Source of the DNA: Myxococcota bacterium
GTDB taxonomy: Bacteria; Myxococcota_A; Polyangia; Nannocystales; Nannocystaceae
Assembly (NCBI GenBank): GCA_039028615.1
Contig: JBCCHT010000003.1
Coordinates: forward strand, 224,001-288,000
Direction: 5' to 3'
Length of the DNA: 64,000 nucleotides
Made by a program: the position numbers and the translations under genes. Positions 39,150 to 50,000 of the stretch are shown one piece after another. The notes under the pieces were generated by a model that was not told where the DNA came from, searched no databases, and saw only the letters and a program-made list of their open reading frames with translations. Position 1 is the first letter of the stretch; every line of letters starts with the position of its first letter.

Positions 39150-40226
39150 CTATGACAATTGCTCGGTACGCCATTCGGACGGTGTTCGTCCCGTCCACCG
39201 ACGGAAGCTCCGATAGAACGCGCGCGGGTTCGCGTAGCCCAGGCAGAACGCGACTTCGCCCACCGACATGCGAGGCACCGAAAGCAGCTGTAATGCTCTT
39301 TTTTGCCGGACCTCCTCGAGCATGCGCCCGAACGAGGTGCCGCGCTCCTCGAGTCGGCGCTGCAGGGTCCGTGGGCTCATGCCGAGCGTGCGGGCGATGG
39401 AGGCCTGATCGCTGGTGCCCACCATCAAGTGATCGTCGATGAGCGACCGGACGCGGTCGTCGAAGGGGGCATCGGCGGGCGGCGGTGCATGGGCCTCCAG
39501 CTGGGCGTCGGCTTGCTGTCGGAGGTACTTGCCGATCTGCGGGTCGGCCCCGGTGATGGGCCGATCGAGAATCGCCGCGTCGAACGCAAAGCCGCACCAG
39601 CCCGCCTCGAAGGTCACCGGGCACGGCAGGTGCTCGGCATAGACTTCGGGCGCATGCTTGGGCGCATGCACGAACGCGACCTCGGTCGCCGTCGGGCCGC
39701 GCCCGTCCGCCCCGGACAGGTCGTGGACCAGGCTGGCCACGAACATCTCGATCGGCTCGATCATCGCCAGGACCCGCGGCTCATGGTTCACCGACAGGCG
39801 CGCGAGTCCATCGGCCTCGGTGAGCTCCAGCGAAAGCCGGGGGAAGGTCATGGGGCAGTAGCGGACGAACAGCTCGATCGATTGCCGCATGTCGCGACAG
39901 TGCTGCACCGCGTAGCCGAACACGCCGAGCGACTGGCGACGAACCTGCGCGCCCTCGCGGGCCATGATGAGACCCAGAGGTGGCTCGGGAAACCGCCCCA
40001 GCACGAACTCCCACACGCGAACGAGTGCCTCGTAGTCGACCAGCGCATCGGGATCGTCGAGCGCCCCGGGAACGAGCCCGCTGGCATCGGCGAGCTCGGC
40101 CGGCGTCAGGCCCAACGCGGTGAACGCCCCCATCGTCCCCTGGACCACGGCGGCGAGCACCTGATCGTCGTCACCCGCGAGGGCGGTGGGCTCGGAGCTC
40201 GACGGGGGATCGGACGCAGCGGGCAC
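39150..40226 (-). CDS. AraC-family transcriptional regulator (OruR/VirS-type)
   Basis: LGVFGYAV sensor domain; IARTLGMSPRTLQRRL and VAFCLGYANPRAFYRSFRRWTGRTP. Confidence 0.93.
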   Translation of the reverse strand: MPAASDPPSSSEPTALAGDDDQVLAAVVQGTMGAFTALGLTPAELADASGLVPGALDDPDALVDYEALVRVWEFVLGRFPEPPLGLIMAREGAQVRRQSLGVFGYAVQHCRDMRQSIELFVRYCPMTFPRLSLELTEADGLARLSVNHEPRVLAMIEPIEMFVASLVHDLSGADGRGPTATEVAFVHAPKHAPEVYAEHLPCPVTFEAGWCGFAFDAAILDRPITGADPQIGKYLRQQADAQLEAHAPPPADAPFDDRVRSLIDDHLMVGTSDQASIARTLGMSPRTLQRRLEERGTSFGRMLEEVRQKRALQLLSVPRMSVGEVAFCLGYANPRAFYRSFRRWTGRTPSEWRTEQLS

Positions 40227-40360
40227 GCCTTCGAGTCTAGCGAAGCGGTCCGCGCGTTTCCCGTGGGTCGCGCAGTGACGTCGGCTGACGCCTTTGGTGA
40301 CCCGATTGACGTCAATGGACCCTTGAGGGCCCAGGAGACTGCTCTAGGCTGAATTCGTCC

Positions 40361-41254
40361 ATGTCGAGCCCACCCGAGACCCCCTCCGCCGATGTTCGCT
40401 CTCGTACGTGGGCCACGGTCACCGCCTATCCCCTGCTGCTCGTGGTCGTCGCCGGGTCGTGTACGGGAGCGATCATGGCCCGGCTCGACCTCGAGCGGAT
40501 GCTCATCGTTTTCTTCCTCGCCGTCATCACGATCTTGTGCGGGCTGGAGCGCATCATGCCGTATCGGTCGCAGTGGCGGCCCACCGGTCGCGAGGTGGGC
40601 CGTGACGCCCTGTATTTCGTGCAGGGCATGTTCTTCGGCGGCCTGGCGCAGGTGCTGACCGGAGCCACCGCCATCGCGCTGGCCACCGAAGAAAACAGCC
40701 TCCCGCTGTGGATCGCGGCGCCGCTGGCCGTGGTGCTCATGGACTTGTCGACCTATGCGTTCCACCGCTTCGTCCACGTCAACGGCTGGATGTGGCGCGA
40801 GCACGGCATCCATCACTTGCCCGGCAAGGTCAACACGCTCAACTCCAACACGGCCCACTTCCTGGACATCCTGGGCAACAACCTCATGGCCTATGCGCCG
40901 CTGTTGCTGATGGGCTTTTCCGCCGAGTCGGTGTTCGTGGCCAGCATCGCGCGGCTCGTGCAGACGCTCGGTGTCCACGCCAACATCGACGTGCGCGTGG
41001 GGTGGCTGCGGCACTTCATCATGACCCCGCAGCATCACCGCATGCATCACAGCGTGGACCCGGAGCAGGCCGGCAACTACGGCACCGTCCTGACGCTGTG
41101 GGATCGGGTCTTCGGCACCCTTCGTGGCGAGACCGAGCCGGTGAAGCAGGTGGGGGTCCTCGAGGATGCGGCCTTCCCCGCCCCCGAGCGCATCCTGGCG
41201 TGTGCACGCCATCCCTTCGCCCCCGAGCGCCCCGTCGCGAGCCCGACTCCGTGA
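40361..41254 (+). CDS. Sterol desaturase/fatty acid hydroxylase family membrane enzyme
   Basis: His boxes YAFHRFVH, HGIHH, HAN, PQHHRMHH, NYG...LWDRVFGT. Confidence 0.92.
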   Translation: MSSPPETPSADVRSRTWATVTAYPLLLVVVAGSCTGAIMARLDLERMLIVFFLAVITILCGLERIMPYRSQWRPTGREVGRDALYFVQGMFFGGLAQVLTGATAIALATEENSLPLWIAAPLAVVLMDLSTYAFHRFVHVNGWMWREHGIHHLPGKVNTLNSNTAHFLDILGNNLMAYAPLLLMGFSAESVFVASIARLVQTLGVHANIDVRVGWLRHFIMTPQHHRMHHSVDPEQAGNYGTVLTLWDRVFGTLRGETEPVKQVGVLEDAAFPAPERILACARHPFAPERPVASPTP

Positions 41255-41359
41255 CCCCCGCGGGTCGGGTGCCCGGCGATGCCCCGGGGCCCGAGGGCCC
41301 CGGAAAAAACTCCGAGCCTCGCAATCCCTCGCCGACTCGATCGGACTTGGGGTTGCGTC

Positions 41360-42193
41360 ATGCTTCGACGAATCCTGCTGCTCGGAACCCTCCCCCCCGC
41401 CTTGTTCGCCACCGCGCTCGTCGGCCCGCCCGTGGCCCAGGCCGACGACTACGAGAACTGCGAGCTCGCCCGCCAGGAGTACTGCTACGGCGCGGGCAAT
41501 GCCTTCGAGGATTGCTACGACGAGACCGACCCCGACAAGCGGGCCGCCTGCATGCGCAGCACGGTGAAGCTGTGCGAGACCATCCTGGTCGTGGTGTGCG
41601 AAAAGCTCGACGGCGGCCCTTCGTCGGCGGGCAGCGTGTCCTATGCCGTCGAATGTCCGCCCGGCACCCAGCCCGACCCGCTGGGGCGCTGCGTCGCCAA
41701 ACTACGGGGGCGCAGCGACGGGCCCGATCTCGATCCCACCGACTGGTGCCCGCCGGGCTTCGTGCCCGGACCCACCGACGAATGCGTGCCCGCGATGCAC
41801 ACCGTGCGCTTTACGCCGTCGTCGTCGGGGGGCTGGGGCGTCTCGTGCCCGCCCGGATCGAAGCCCGGCCCGATCGGCGGCTGCGTGCTCGACCTGGGCG
41901 TCGGCGAGGGCACCTCGGGCGAAGAGACCCAGTGCCCGCCGGGCATGGCTCCCGGCCCCGACGACGGCTGCGTGCCGCGGACCCTGGTGATGAACCTCGG
42001 CAACATCGAGGGCGCGCTGGCCATGGATGCGCTCAACCAGTCGGGGACCCTGGCGATGATGCCGGAGCAGAGCGAGCAGATGCTGGCCGACGTGGGGGTC
42101 GCGATGGTCAGCGACCCGGTGCAGGCGCTCGAGGCCACGGCCGAAGCGATGGGCGCAGACGTGGTCGACCCCGGCGAGCCCGGGCAGTGGTGA
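41360..42193 (+). CDS. Secreted Cys-rich protein with four CPPG repeats
   Basis: Signal ending AQA; CPPGxxPxPxxxCV four times. Confidence 0.78.
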   Translation: MLRRILLLGTLPPALFATALVGPPVAQADDYENCELARQEYCYGAGNAFEDCYDETDPDKRAACMRSTVKLCETILVVVCEKLDGGPSSAGSVSYAVECPPGTQPDPLGRCVAKLRGRSDGPDLDPTDWCPPGFVPGPTDECVPAMHTVRFTPSSSGGWGVSCPPGSKPGPIGGCVLDLGVGEGTSGEETQCPPGMAPGPDDGCVPRTLVMNLGNIEGALAMDALNQSGTLAMMPEQSEQMLADVGVAMVSDPVQALEATAEAMGADVVDPGEPGQW

Positions 42194-42302
42194 AGCGGAG
42201 ATTCGCCTAGATCGACGCCCAGGGGGGACTGGGCTCGGTTTCGGGGTGATGGGGGCCGGCTCGCGCTTGCGGGCCGGCCCGGTGCGTCGCACGCTGCTGG
42301 GC

Positions 42303-43049
42303 ATGTCGTCGATGCGCACCCGCTTCATGGCCGGTCTGTCCGCGAGCTGGGGAGGTCTGAAGGCCGGAACGCGCAGCGCGGGCGTGCGCCGCACCTACCT
42401 GCAGATGGTGCTGGCCCTGTTCCTCGTGAGCGCGGTGCTCGACGTGGCTGGCATCTGGGCCGTGCTGCACTGGACGGACATCAGCACCGACGCCGCCTGG
42501 TACACGAGCGTCGGCCTGTGGATCGCACGGATCCTCGGCATCCTCATCGTGTTGTTGGCGGCACCGCTTCTGTCGCTGACGGTGGTCAACCTCGTGTTTC
42601 CGTTCCTGGGCGAGCGGGTCTTCCTCGCCTCGATGCGGGGCGTCAATCCCGCGCGAGCCGAGCAGCTCGCGGCGGCCCCCGGCCTGCCGATCATGCCGTC
42701 GGTCTGGATTCAGGTCCGCCGCCTCGTGACCTTCGTGGGCATGACTCTGCTCGTGTTTCTGCTCTCGTTGCTGCCCGTGGTGGGCCAGGTCCTCGCGCCC
42801 GTGTTGCAGGGGTACGTATCCTCGCGCGGTCTGGCGTGGGAGCTGCTCGATCCCTACTTCGACAAGCTCGGGCTTCGCTACGCCGAGCAGAAGGCCGTGG
42901 TCTCTCAGCACGGCGCCTCCATGGTGGGCTTCGGCTTGCCGCTCACCTTCGTCATGGCCATTCCTCTGGCGGGTCCGCTGTTCTTCGGCCTGGCCCAGGC
43001 CGCTGCGGCCCAGCTGGTGACCGAGGTCATCGAGGCACCGACCGCGTAG
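42303..43049 (+). CDS. EI24/CysZ-like membrane protein
   Basis: TM pattern; LLSLLPVVGQ, AWELLDPY, VGFG...IPL motifs. Confidence 0.82.
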   Translation: MSSMRTRFMAGLSASWGGLKAGTRSAGVRRTYLQMVLALFLVSAVLDVAGIWAVLHWTDISTDAAWYTSVGLWIARILGILIVLLAAPLLSLTVVNLVFPFLGERVFLASMRGVNPARAEQLAAAPGLPIMPSVWIQVRRLVTFVGMTLLVFLLSLLPVVGQVLAPVLQGYVSSRGLAWELLDPYFDKLGLRYAEQKAVVSQHGASMVGFGLPLTFVMAIPLAGPLFFGLAQAAAAQLVTEVIEAPTA

Positions 43050-43128
43050 TCGCCCCAATCGGGCCACGTCCGCGAAACCGCGCCGTTGCGGTTTGCTCTG
43101 GCGATGGCGGGTCGCTATCACCGGGCCC

Positions 43129-44922
43129 ATGCCTGCGCCGCGCTCGTCGTTCGTGTTCGCTTCTGCGCTCGCAGTCCTCGCGTTCGCGACGGCATGTGAT
43201 TCGAACAAGTCCACGAACTCCCCGAACGGGAAGGGCAAGGCGAAGGCTGGCAGCACGGTCGAACCCTTCGTCTTCGACGATCCCTTCCCCGACGAGGCTG
43301 CGGTCGAGGCCATCGCGGCCCGCCCCGCGCCCGAGCTCACTCAGATGTTCGGGGAGCCGGAGTCACCGGTCGACCACTGGACGATGCACGGGGCTGGAGC
43401 CCAGCGCACCCCCGCGGCAGCCTACGAGGACGGGGACCGGGCGAGTGAACTCGCGGCCGAGGCCTTCGCGAGCAAGGACGAAGCGCGCACGGTCAGCCCC
43501 GGGTTGCAGTGCGCCGCTGCGGAGTTTGGCCACTTCGCGCTCGCCCATGGTGCCGAGCCGGCCGCCGACGTGCGGGGGTTCATCCTGGCGCGCTGCGGGT
43601 CGCTGGTCACCAACATCACCTTCTCCATCGATCTCATCGAGCCGAAGCGGGCTCCGAAGTCCGCCTTCACCACGCCGCAGCTGCGAGGCTTGTTCGCCCG
43701 CGTGGCCGACAGCTTTCCGCCGGACGCTCACGTCGGGCTCTGGGCTGGTCGAAGCGACCAGGGCGGCGCCGTCGTGCGCGTCTACGGCCAGCCTCGGATG
43801 GTGCTCGAGCCCGTGCCCTTGGCCAGCGGCAAGACCGGCTACGTCGAGCTTCGTGGCGAGATGCAGTGGGACGCCCAGAGCATTGTGGGCTACGCGACCG
43901 TGGGGGAGCAGGGATACTCCATCTGCAAGCGAAGCCCCGGGACCAATGAGCAAGCGCCCCGGTTCGCCCTGCGCTGCCGCGTCGACCCCAACGACGAGCG
44001 CGCGATGATCGAGCTCCAGGCCACGCCGCGCGGGCGCATCATGTCGCGCCGCGCCCTGCAGCTCATCGTCTCGCCCAAGGGCTCCGTGCCCGACGACTAC
44101 CAGGCGCCGCAGCTGTCGCTGCCCATCGGGGACGAGCGGGATGGCACCGCTTGGGCCACCGCCGTCACTGCGCTCCGCCGCAGCGCCGAGCTGTCGTCGG
44201 TCAGCCTCTCCGTTGGTCAGACCGACGTCGCGCAGAGCCTGCTGCCCCACTTGCTCGCCGCCCTGCGCAACTCCGGCCAGGCCGAGCTCCTCGACCAGAT
44301 CGCCATGGGCCTCATCGCCGGGCGCAAGATCGATGAAGACGTCGGCAGCGGCACCTTCTTTTTCTCGACCGTCCCGCGGGCGTGGACCCTCGAGCGCGAG
44401 CTCGCCGCGGTGCTCCAGTCCCCGCACGCGCGCTCCAAGATCTTCGACCCCGACCTGTCGACCCTGGCCGTCGCCTCGCTCGCCAACGAAGAGGGGCAGA
44501 TGCGCAGCTCCGTCATCGCCGGCTACACCGTGCTCCGCGATCGTGACTACTCGTGGGAGATCGCCGCGTTCTTCGATGCCGTCGATCGCCATCGCGTCGC
44601 GCGGGGCCTCGAGCCCGTCATCCGCGTCGAGGGTCCCAACGATCGCAAAGTGCTCGAGGCCTACGCGGGCCGCGTCCGCGCCGGGGAAATCGCGCCCTCC
44701 GAGGCGCTCGACGCCTTGCTCGACCACTTCGTCGAGGAGGCCAAGCGCGACTTCCACGGCATCATGTTCTCGCCCTACGCGTTCCTCGGCTGGGAGCCAC
44801 AGCTCGAAGGCACCCTCGTCGAGGCGGAGCGAGTCGCCGCTGCCGTCACCATCACCCACTTCGTGCCCGACGGGGCGGCGTGGGGGCGGTATTTGGTCCT
44901 GGTGACCTACACCAAGCTCTGA
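43129..44922 (+). CDS. Hypothetical lipoprotein
   Basis: Lipobox ATAC; long GC3-biased ORF. Confidence 0.78.
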   Translation: MPAPRSSFVFASALAVLAFATACDSNKSTNSPNGKGKAKAGSTVEPFVFDDPFPDEAAVEAIAARPAPELTQMFGEPESPVDHWTMHGAGAQRTPAAAYEDGDRASELAAEAFASKDEARTVSPGLQCAAAEFGHFALAHGAEPAADVRGFILARCGSLVTNITFSIDLIEPKRAPKSAFTTPQLRGLFARVADSFPPDAHVGLWAGRSDQGGAVVRVYGQPRMVLEPVPLASGKTGYVELRGEMQWDAQSIVGYATVGEQGYSICKRSPGTNEQAPRFALRCRVDPNDERAMIELQATPRGRIMSRRALQLIVSPKGSVPDDYQAPQLSLPIGDERDGTAWATAVTALRRSAELSSVSLSVGQTDVAQSLLPHLLAALRNSGQAELLDQIAMGLIAGRKIDEDVGSGTFFFSTVPRAWTLERELAAVLQSPHARSKIFDPDLSTLAVASLANEEGQMRSSVIAGYTVLRDRDYSWEIAAFFDAVDRHRVARGLEPVIRVEGPNDRKVLEAYAGRVRAGEIAPSEALDALLDHFVEEAKRDFHGIMFSPYAFLGWEPQLEGTLVEAERVAAAVTITHFVPDGAAWGRYLVLVTYTKL

Positions 44923-45088
44923 AGCCGGGAGATTTTTCCCGAGCCCCGTCCAAAGTTCGCGGGCGCGGTGACTACTCGTTGTCGCGATCACGCACCTCGC
45001 TCGGCCCCCGAGGCCGGGCTCGTCTCCCCGCGGCGGCAGTTGTGAACGGCCCATCGGCGTGTCACCGTCGCCTCAGGGGTCATCTGCC

Positions 45089-45691
45089 ATGTCGAGCCCT
45101 CCCGTTCGCTTCAAAATCGGCCTGCTGGACTGCCTGCTGGTCCCGGCCCGCGACGTCCGCCGCATCGCCTCGCGCGACGAAGCGGCTGCGTTCCTGCGGG
45201 GGTGTGATGTGCCGGAGGACGAAATCGAGGGGCTGATCGAAGGGCTGGCCGATGGCTCGTTGGTTCCCGTACGGCTGGGGCGTGAGCCCGCGTTGATGGA
45301 CGCGCCCGAGATCCGCCCGCTCGTCGAGCCCACCCGGCCGACCGAGGACGAGCAGCGCAGCTGGGTCTCGATCGAGGTCATCCACGCCGCCGGGCTCGAC
45401 ACCGCGGGCATCGAGGTCGAGCTCGACCCGGCCAGCGGTGCAGAGGTATTCGGCCGACTCGGTGAGGGGGGCCGCTGGAGGGCCGACGGCATCGCCCGAG
45501 GGTCCTGCCGTTTATCGCTGCTCGACCACGCCGTGCTCCGGGCTCGGCCGCGGATCATGGGCGACGTGGGGTCGGTGTCCGACCAGGAGCTGTGGTGGGA
45601 AGCGGGTACCACCCGGAATCTCGAGCTGTCCACCGCGGCGCATCACCGGATTCGCATCATTACGCCCCGCGTTCTGCATTTCTCCGTCTAG
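45089..45691 (+). CDS. Hypothetical protein, first gene of a three-gene unit
   Basis: ORF ends 9 bp before the next ATG; C-terminal beta-rich segment (WVSIEV...GRL...DGIARGSCRL). Confidence 0.7.
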   Translation: MSSPPVRFKIGLLDCLLVPARDVRRIASRDEAAAFLRGCDVPEDEIEGLIEGLADGSLVPVRLGREPALMDAPEIRPLVEPTRPTEDEQRSWVSIEVIHAAGLDTAGIEVELDPASGAEVFGRLGEGGRWRADGIARGSCRLSLLDHAVLRARPRIMGDVGSVSDQELWWEAGTTRNLELSTAAHHRIRIITPRVLHFSV

Positions 45692-45700
45692 CGAATCGCC

Positions 45701-47020
45701 ATGCGTACTCTTCGTCATCCGCTGATCGTCATCGCGCTGTTCGCTGGTTCGCCTTCGTGTACCGAGGCGGAGGCGCCGGGTACTGCCTCTTCTTCTGAGC
45801 CGGTTGCGCTGAAGTTCGATCTCCCGTCGGGCGTGGCGGTGGTCGTCGACGGCGAGCCGCGGGGGAGGACGCCGCTGGAGCCGCTGATGCTCGCAGGGGG
45901 CTCGCATCAGGTCATGCTCTCTACGGCCTGTGTATCGACGGAGTTGTCCGTGACGCTCGAGTCCGGCCGTGGGGAGACTATCGATCGGCCTCGGGCGGGG
46001 GCGCTCGGTTTTGCCACCGTGCAGATCACCACCAATGCGCTCGACGGCAAGGCTTTGCCGCATACGGTCACGGTGGATGGCGAACAGCGGAACGACGGTG
46101 CGTCATCGTCCACCTTCGAGCTGTCCGCGTGTGAGCATCGCTTGGGGGTGACGAGCCCTGGGGTCGCTTCCTGGAGCGAGGTGGTCACGCCCAAGGCCGG
46201 GGAGGCGCTCGAGCGGTCCATCACCCTCACCGAGGGGCCGGATGTCATCCGCATCCCGGGCAAGCGCTTTCGCATCGGGCCTCCCGGGCCCAGTCGGTAC
46301 ATCCCTGGACTACAGTCGACGGAGGATTTGACGAGGGAAGAGCAGCAGGGGTGGCCCTGGCTCGCGGTGATGGAGGTGGATGTTCCGACGCTCGACTTCG
46401 ACAAGTCGGAGGTTACGGCGGGGCAGTTTCATGCCTGCCGGAAGAGCGGCAAGTGCCCCTGGAAGTCGATGAAGCTCCGGTATACGAAAATGCCACCACG
46501 GGAAGACCGGACTCTGTGCACGACGGTGGAGAGGAGTCAGCGTGAGCCGCGACCGGGATGGGCCAATCGCCCGATGAATTGCATCTCCCGCTGGGAGGCC
46601 GAGATGTACTGTGAGGCGCACGGCAAACGACTACCGATGGACGCCGAGTGGGAGCACGCTGCTCGTGGCGGGCGCGAGGACTTCCATTGCCCGTGGGGAC
46701 CGCTTTCGGTCATGACGGAAGACAGCCGGGGTTACTGTGCGAAACCGGGGAAGCAGCACGCCATGCCGTCGGTGTGTGACGACGAAAACCCGGAGTGGTC
46801 CTTTGGCCTCTGCGGCATCATCGACGGTGTCGGAGACATGGTCGGCAAGACACCCGGGCGCACGATTTGGCCCAACGACCTCGAGAACCTCGGACCCGTG
46901 CGCGGAGGATCGTTCCGCAGTAAGGGGACGACCACGTTCGGAGACGGGGCGCTCGATGTGAACTCGGAGTCCGCGGATGTCGGTTTTCGCTGCGTGCGTG
47001 AGGTGGAAGGACCTCGGTAG
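45701..47020 (+). CDS. PEGA-domain and FGE-sulfatase (SUMF1)-domain exported protein
   Basis: VVVDGEPRGRTPL (PEGA); SEVT, PMNCISRWEAEMYC...KRLPMDAEWEHAARG, RGGSF, VGFRC. Confidence 0.88.
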   Translation: MRTLRHPLIVIALFAGSPSCTEAEAPGTASSSEPVALKFDLPSGVAVVVDGEPRGRTPLEPLMLAGGSHQVMLSTACVSTELSVTLESGRGETIDRPRAGALGFATVQITTNALDGKALPHTVTVDGEQRNDGASSSTFELSACEHRLGVTSPGVASWSEVVTPKAGEALERSITLTEGPDVIRIPGKRFRIGPPGPSRYIPGLQSTEDLTREEQQGWPWLAVMEVDVPTLDFDKSEVTAGQFHACRKSGKCPWKSMKLRYTKMPPREDRTLCTTVERSQREPRPGWANRPMNCISRWEAEMYCEAHGKRLPMDAEWEHAARGGREDFHCPWGPLSVMTEDSRGYCAKPGKQHAMPSVCDDENPEWSFGLCGIIDGVGDMVGKTPGRTIWPNDLENLGPVRGGSFRSKGTTTFGDGALDVNSESADVGFRCVREVEGPR

Positions 47021-47026
47021 GCGAGC

Positions 47027-50000
47027 ATGAGCTTCGAGCGCAATCCGGTGCCGGGCTCTCCGCCGCCGCTGCCCCTTCAGTGCAAGGACTTCGATCCGAT
47101 CACGGGTGAGCAGGTCGGCTCCGAGTGCCGCAAGCAGCAGCAAGCTCACCACGAGCGAATGCTCGAACTCGACCCCGAGGAGCGCAAGAAGCTCGGTCGG
47201 TTCGACTGTACGAAGCACGGTACGGGACGAAAGAACTGCAATCGTCGAACGTTCTTGTATCCACGAAAGGTCAACAAGAAAGGCAACTTTCACGTTCATC
47301 AGGGCATCGACCTGTTCCCTGGACCTCTGTCCGAAGGGCGCCCTTCTCCAGATCGAATCCTCTCCGTCACATCGGGCCAAGTGTGTTGCGTGCTCGAGTG
47401 GGACGGCGTGACGTCGGGGTACGGCAACGTCATCGCGGTCTACAACGACCGCCTCGATATGACCTTCTGGTACGCGCACTGCAAAGCGGTGTTCTTCAAG
47501 GAGGGAGAGACGGTTAGGGAACAGGAGTTGATCGCGATCGTCGGGAATACTGGATTCGCGGGTGGTCTGCACCTTCACTTCGAAGTTCATCGCGGGAAGT
47601 CCAAACACCCGTTGCGGGGCGAAAGAACGCCCTATGACGAGGGGGGCAGTCCTCGAAGGCTGAACCCGCACATCGTTCTCGAGTCTCTGGGTCCATGGGG
47701 CGCCACACAACTATTTTTGCCCGGAGGGACGGAAGTTGAAGACGCGACCGTCGCAGAACTCCACAAGGAAGTGGAAACCTCGCGTGAGGGCGGGTGCTTT
47801 CCGCTGGGTGCCAACAACCTATGGCATGGCGGGGTTCACGTTCGGACGCCCCCCCGTGCGGACCTGCATGCTCCCTTCGACGGTGACATCGTTGCCATAC
47901 GCCTCGACCCGGATCCGGCGACCGCGATGGGCCGCTTCGGAAGCATGAACTTCGTGCTCATGCGCCACGAGATCAGCGAGTCGATCTTCGAGCGTCTGCA
48001 ACGCAAGGAGCCCGGCGAACCCGAAGAACCCGAGCAGCCGGCACCCACCCGTCCCCCGGCGGTGGGGCGACGTTCGAGCAATCCGCCCGATCGAGTCGCG
48101 CAGGTCGAGCAGCGCCTACGCGAGCTGCTCGACGAGCATGGGCAGCCGTTCTACGCGTTCGAGGGCCCAGCGTTGCTCGAGGACGGCAAGCTTCGGCGCG
48201 AGTTCCAAGACGCGATCGAGGCATTTCAGAGCACACTCGACAGCCCCTACTCGCCGTCGAGGGCCTGGCCCGACGGCAAGATCTCCATCGGTGGCTACAC
48301 CTGGCGAGCGTTGTTTCCCGAAGGCCCGCCGGGGACCGACGACCCCGAAACGCCCGAGATACCGCCGCCCGCGGAAGAAGACCCCACCCGGGTGGTGTTT
48401 TCGTTGTTCATGCACGTGGGCGCGGTGCCGATCGACGCCGCGTTGGTCTCACGCATCCGCTGGCTCGAGCATGCGCGGATCCCCGGAGGCTCGAAGCCCG
48501 CGGACGACGACGACGCTCGGGCGGAGCACCAGGCCGATCTCGAGGAAGCCAAGTACCGCATCGAGACCGCGGTGGGCCGCGATCCCGACGAGCCGGGCTC
48601 CGAAGGCGCGCCCGCCGACATCGAGTGGGTGCAGCGTCGTCTTCAACGACATACGAGCTACCGCTTCCACGAGGCGACGGAAGCTGGTGTTTTCAGCGAT
48701 GCCCTCGATCGAGCCATCCGCGATTTTCAGGCGCAGTTCGTTCCATTTTTCGCCAGGCGGGGCCATGCTCCCGATGGGATCGTAGGCCCCCGCGGCAGCA
48801 CCCGGAGGACGCTGGCGAAGCCAGCCACCGAGTTGAAGCCGGCAGGAGTTCCCGTGGTCGATCCCGAGTTCCTGGCGGCCATCGAAGCGCGCGACGAAGC
48901 GGGACACGCCGCGGTCGTCTCGGGGTTGAAGATCCCGGTCGCCGCCAAGGACGTCTTGTGGGTCGCGGGCCAGACCCAGGCCATCCTCGCCGATGGCAGT
49001 GGGCCCATGCGTTCGATGGTGCACTGGGAGATCTTCTCGGAGCATCAGGTCATGGGTGCTTGGGACGATGCCAAGCTCGAAGACACCACTCTCGACCTCT
49101 CGCTCGATGTGCCGGAGCAGCTCTTCGACTTGGTGGAGACGCTCGAACTCCCCGGGGTGGCCAAGGACGACTTCATCACCCCGCTGGAAATGGTCGAGTT
49201 CTACGCGGGCGAGGACGCCAAGCTGCTCCGCCAGACGCCGTGCCGGTTCCTCAGCGAGTGGGGGCTCGATCTGCCCGCAGCCGTCGCCGCCGTGGCTCGG
49301 ATGGGGTTCGACACCTCGGGTCTCGAGGCCGACCTCGAGCCCTATCTGTGGTGGAATGCCGCCGCGGACGTGCTGCCTGCGTCTCCCATCGTCTGGCACT
49401 ACAACCCCATCGAGCTGGCGCGGGTCTATCAAGGCGAAGTCGATGCGCTCAAACCCAGGGAGTTCGACGACACGACGCATCCCACGCTGGTGGTCCGGGT
49501 GCTGTTCGACAACGGCGTGCTCATGCCGAAGGCGACGGTCTCGGTCATCCAAGGGGGCGCGACGATTGCCAGCGGTAGGACGCTCGAGGACGGCGAGCGT
49601 AGGTTTCGTGGGCTTCCGGTCGGGTCCTACGAAGTTCTCGTCGATGGCTCCAGCGTTGCGAGCCATCGGGTCGAGCTTTCGGGAGGACCGCCGACCTTAC
49701 TGGAGGTCGAGACGACCGTGCCCGGGCCGCCGCCCAAGCGCGGTACGATCTTCGTCAACGTTCGCAAGGAACACACCGGCCTACGGCCACGCTTCGATGT
49801 CGCCGTCTCGCTCCGGGAGGCGAGCGGCGCGGAAGTAGCCACGGGTGTTGCGAAGCGAGGCAAAGCGGCGTTCGAGAGCGTCGAGTTCGGTGACTATGTG
49901 CTGCACGCAGGGGAGGCGACACCGGTGGAGATCACCCTCGATCGCAAGAAAAAGACCGCCTCGACGCTAGTGCTGCCCCCTCCCATTCGTACTCTGACGG

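Noticed and set aside
41284..41309. GC hairpin followed by A6 as an intrinsic terminator
   Set aside because: The A-tract follows the stem on the + strand, so neither strand has a U-tract 3' of the hairpin.
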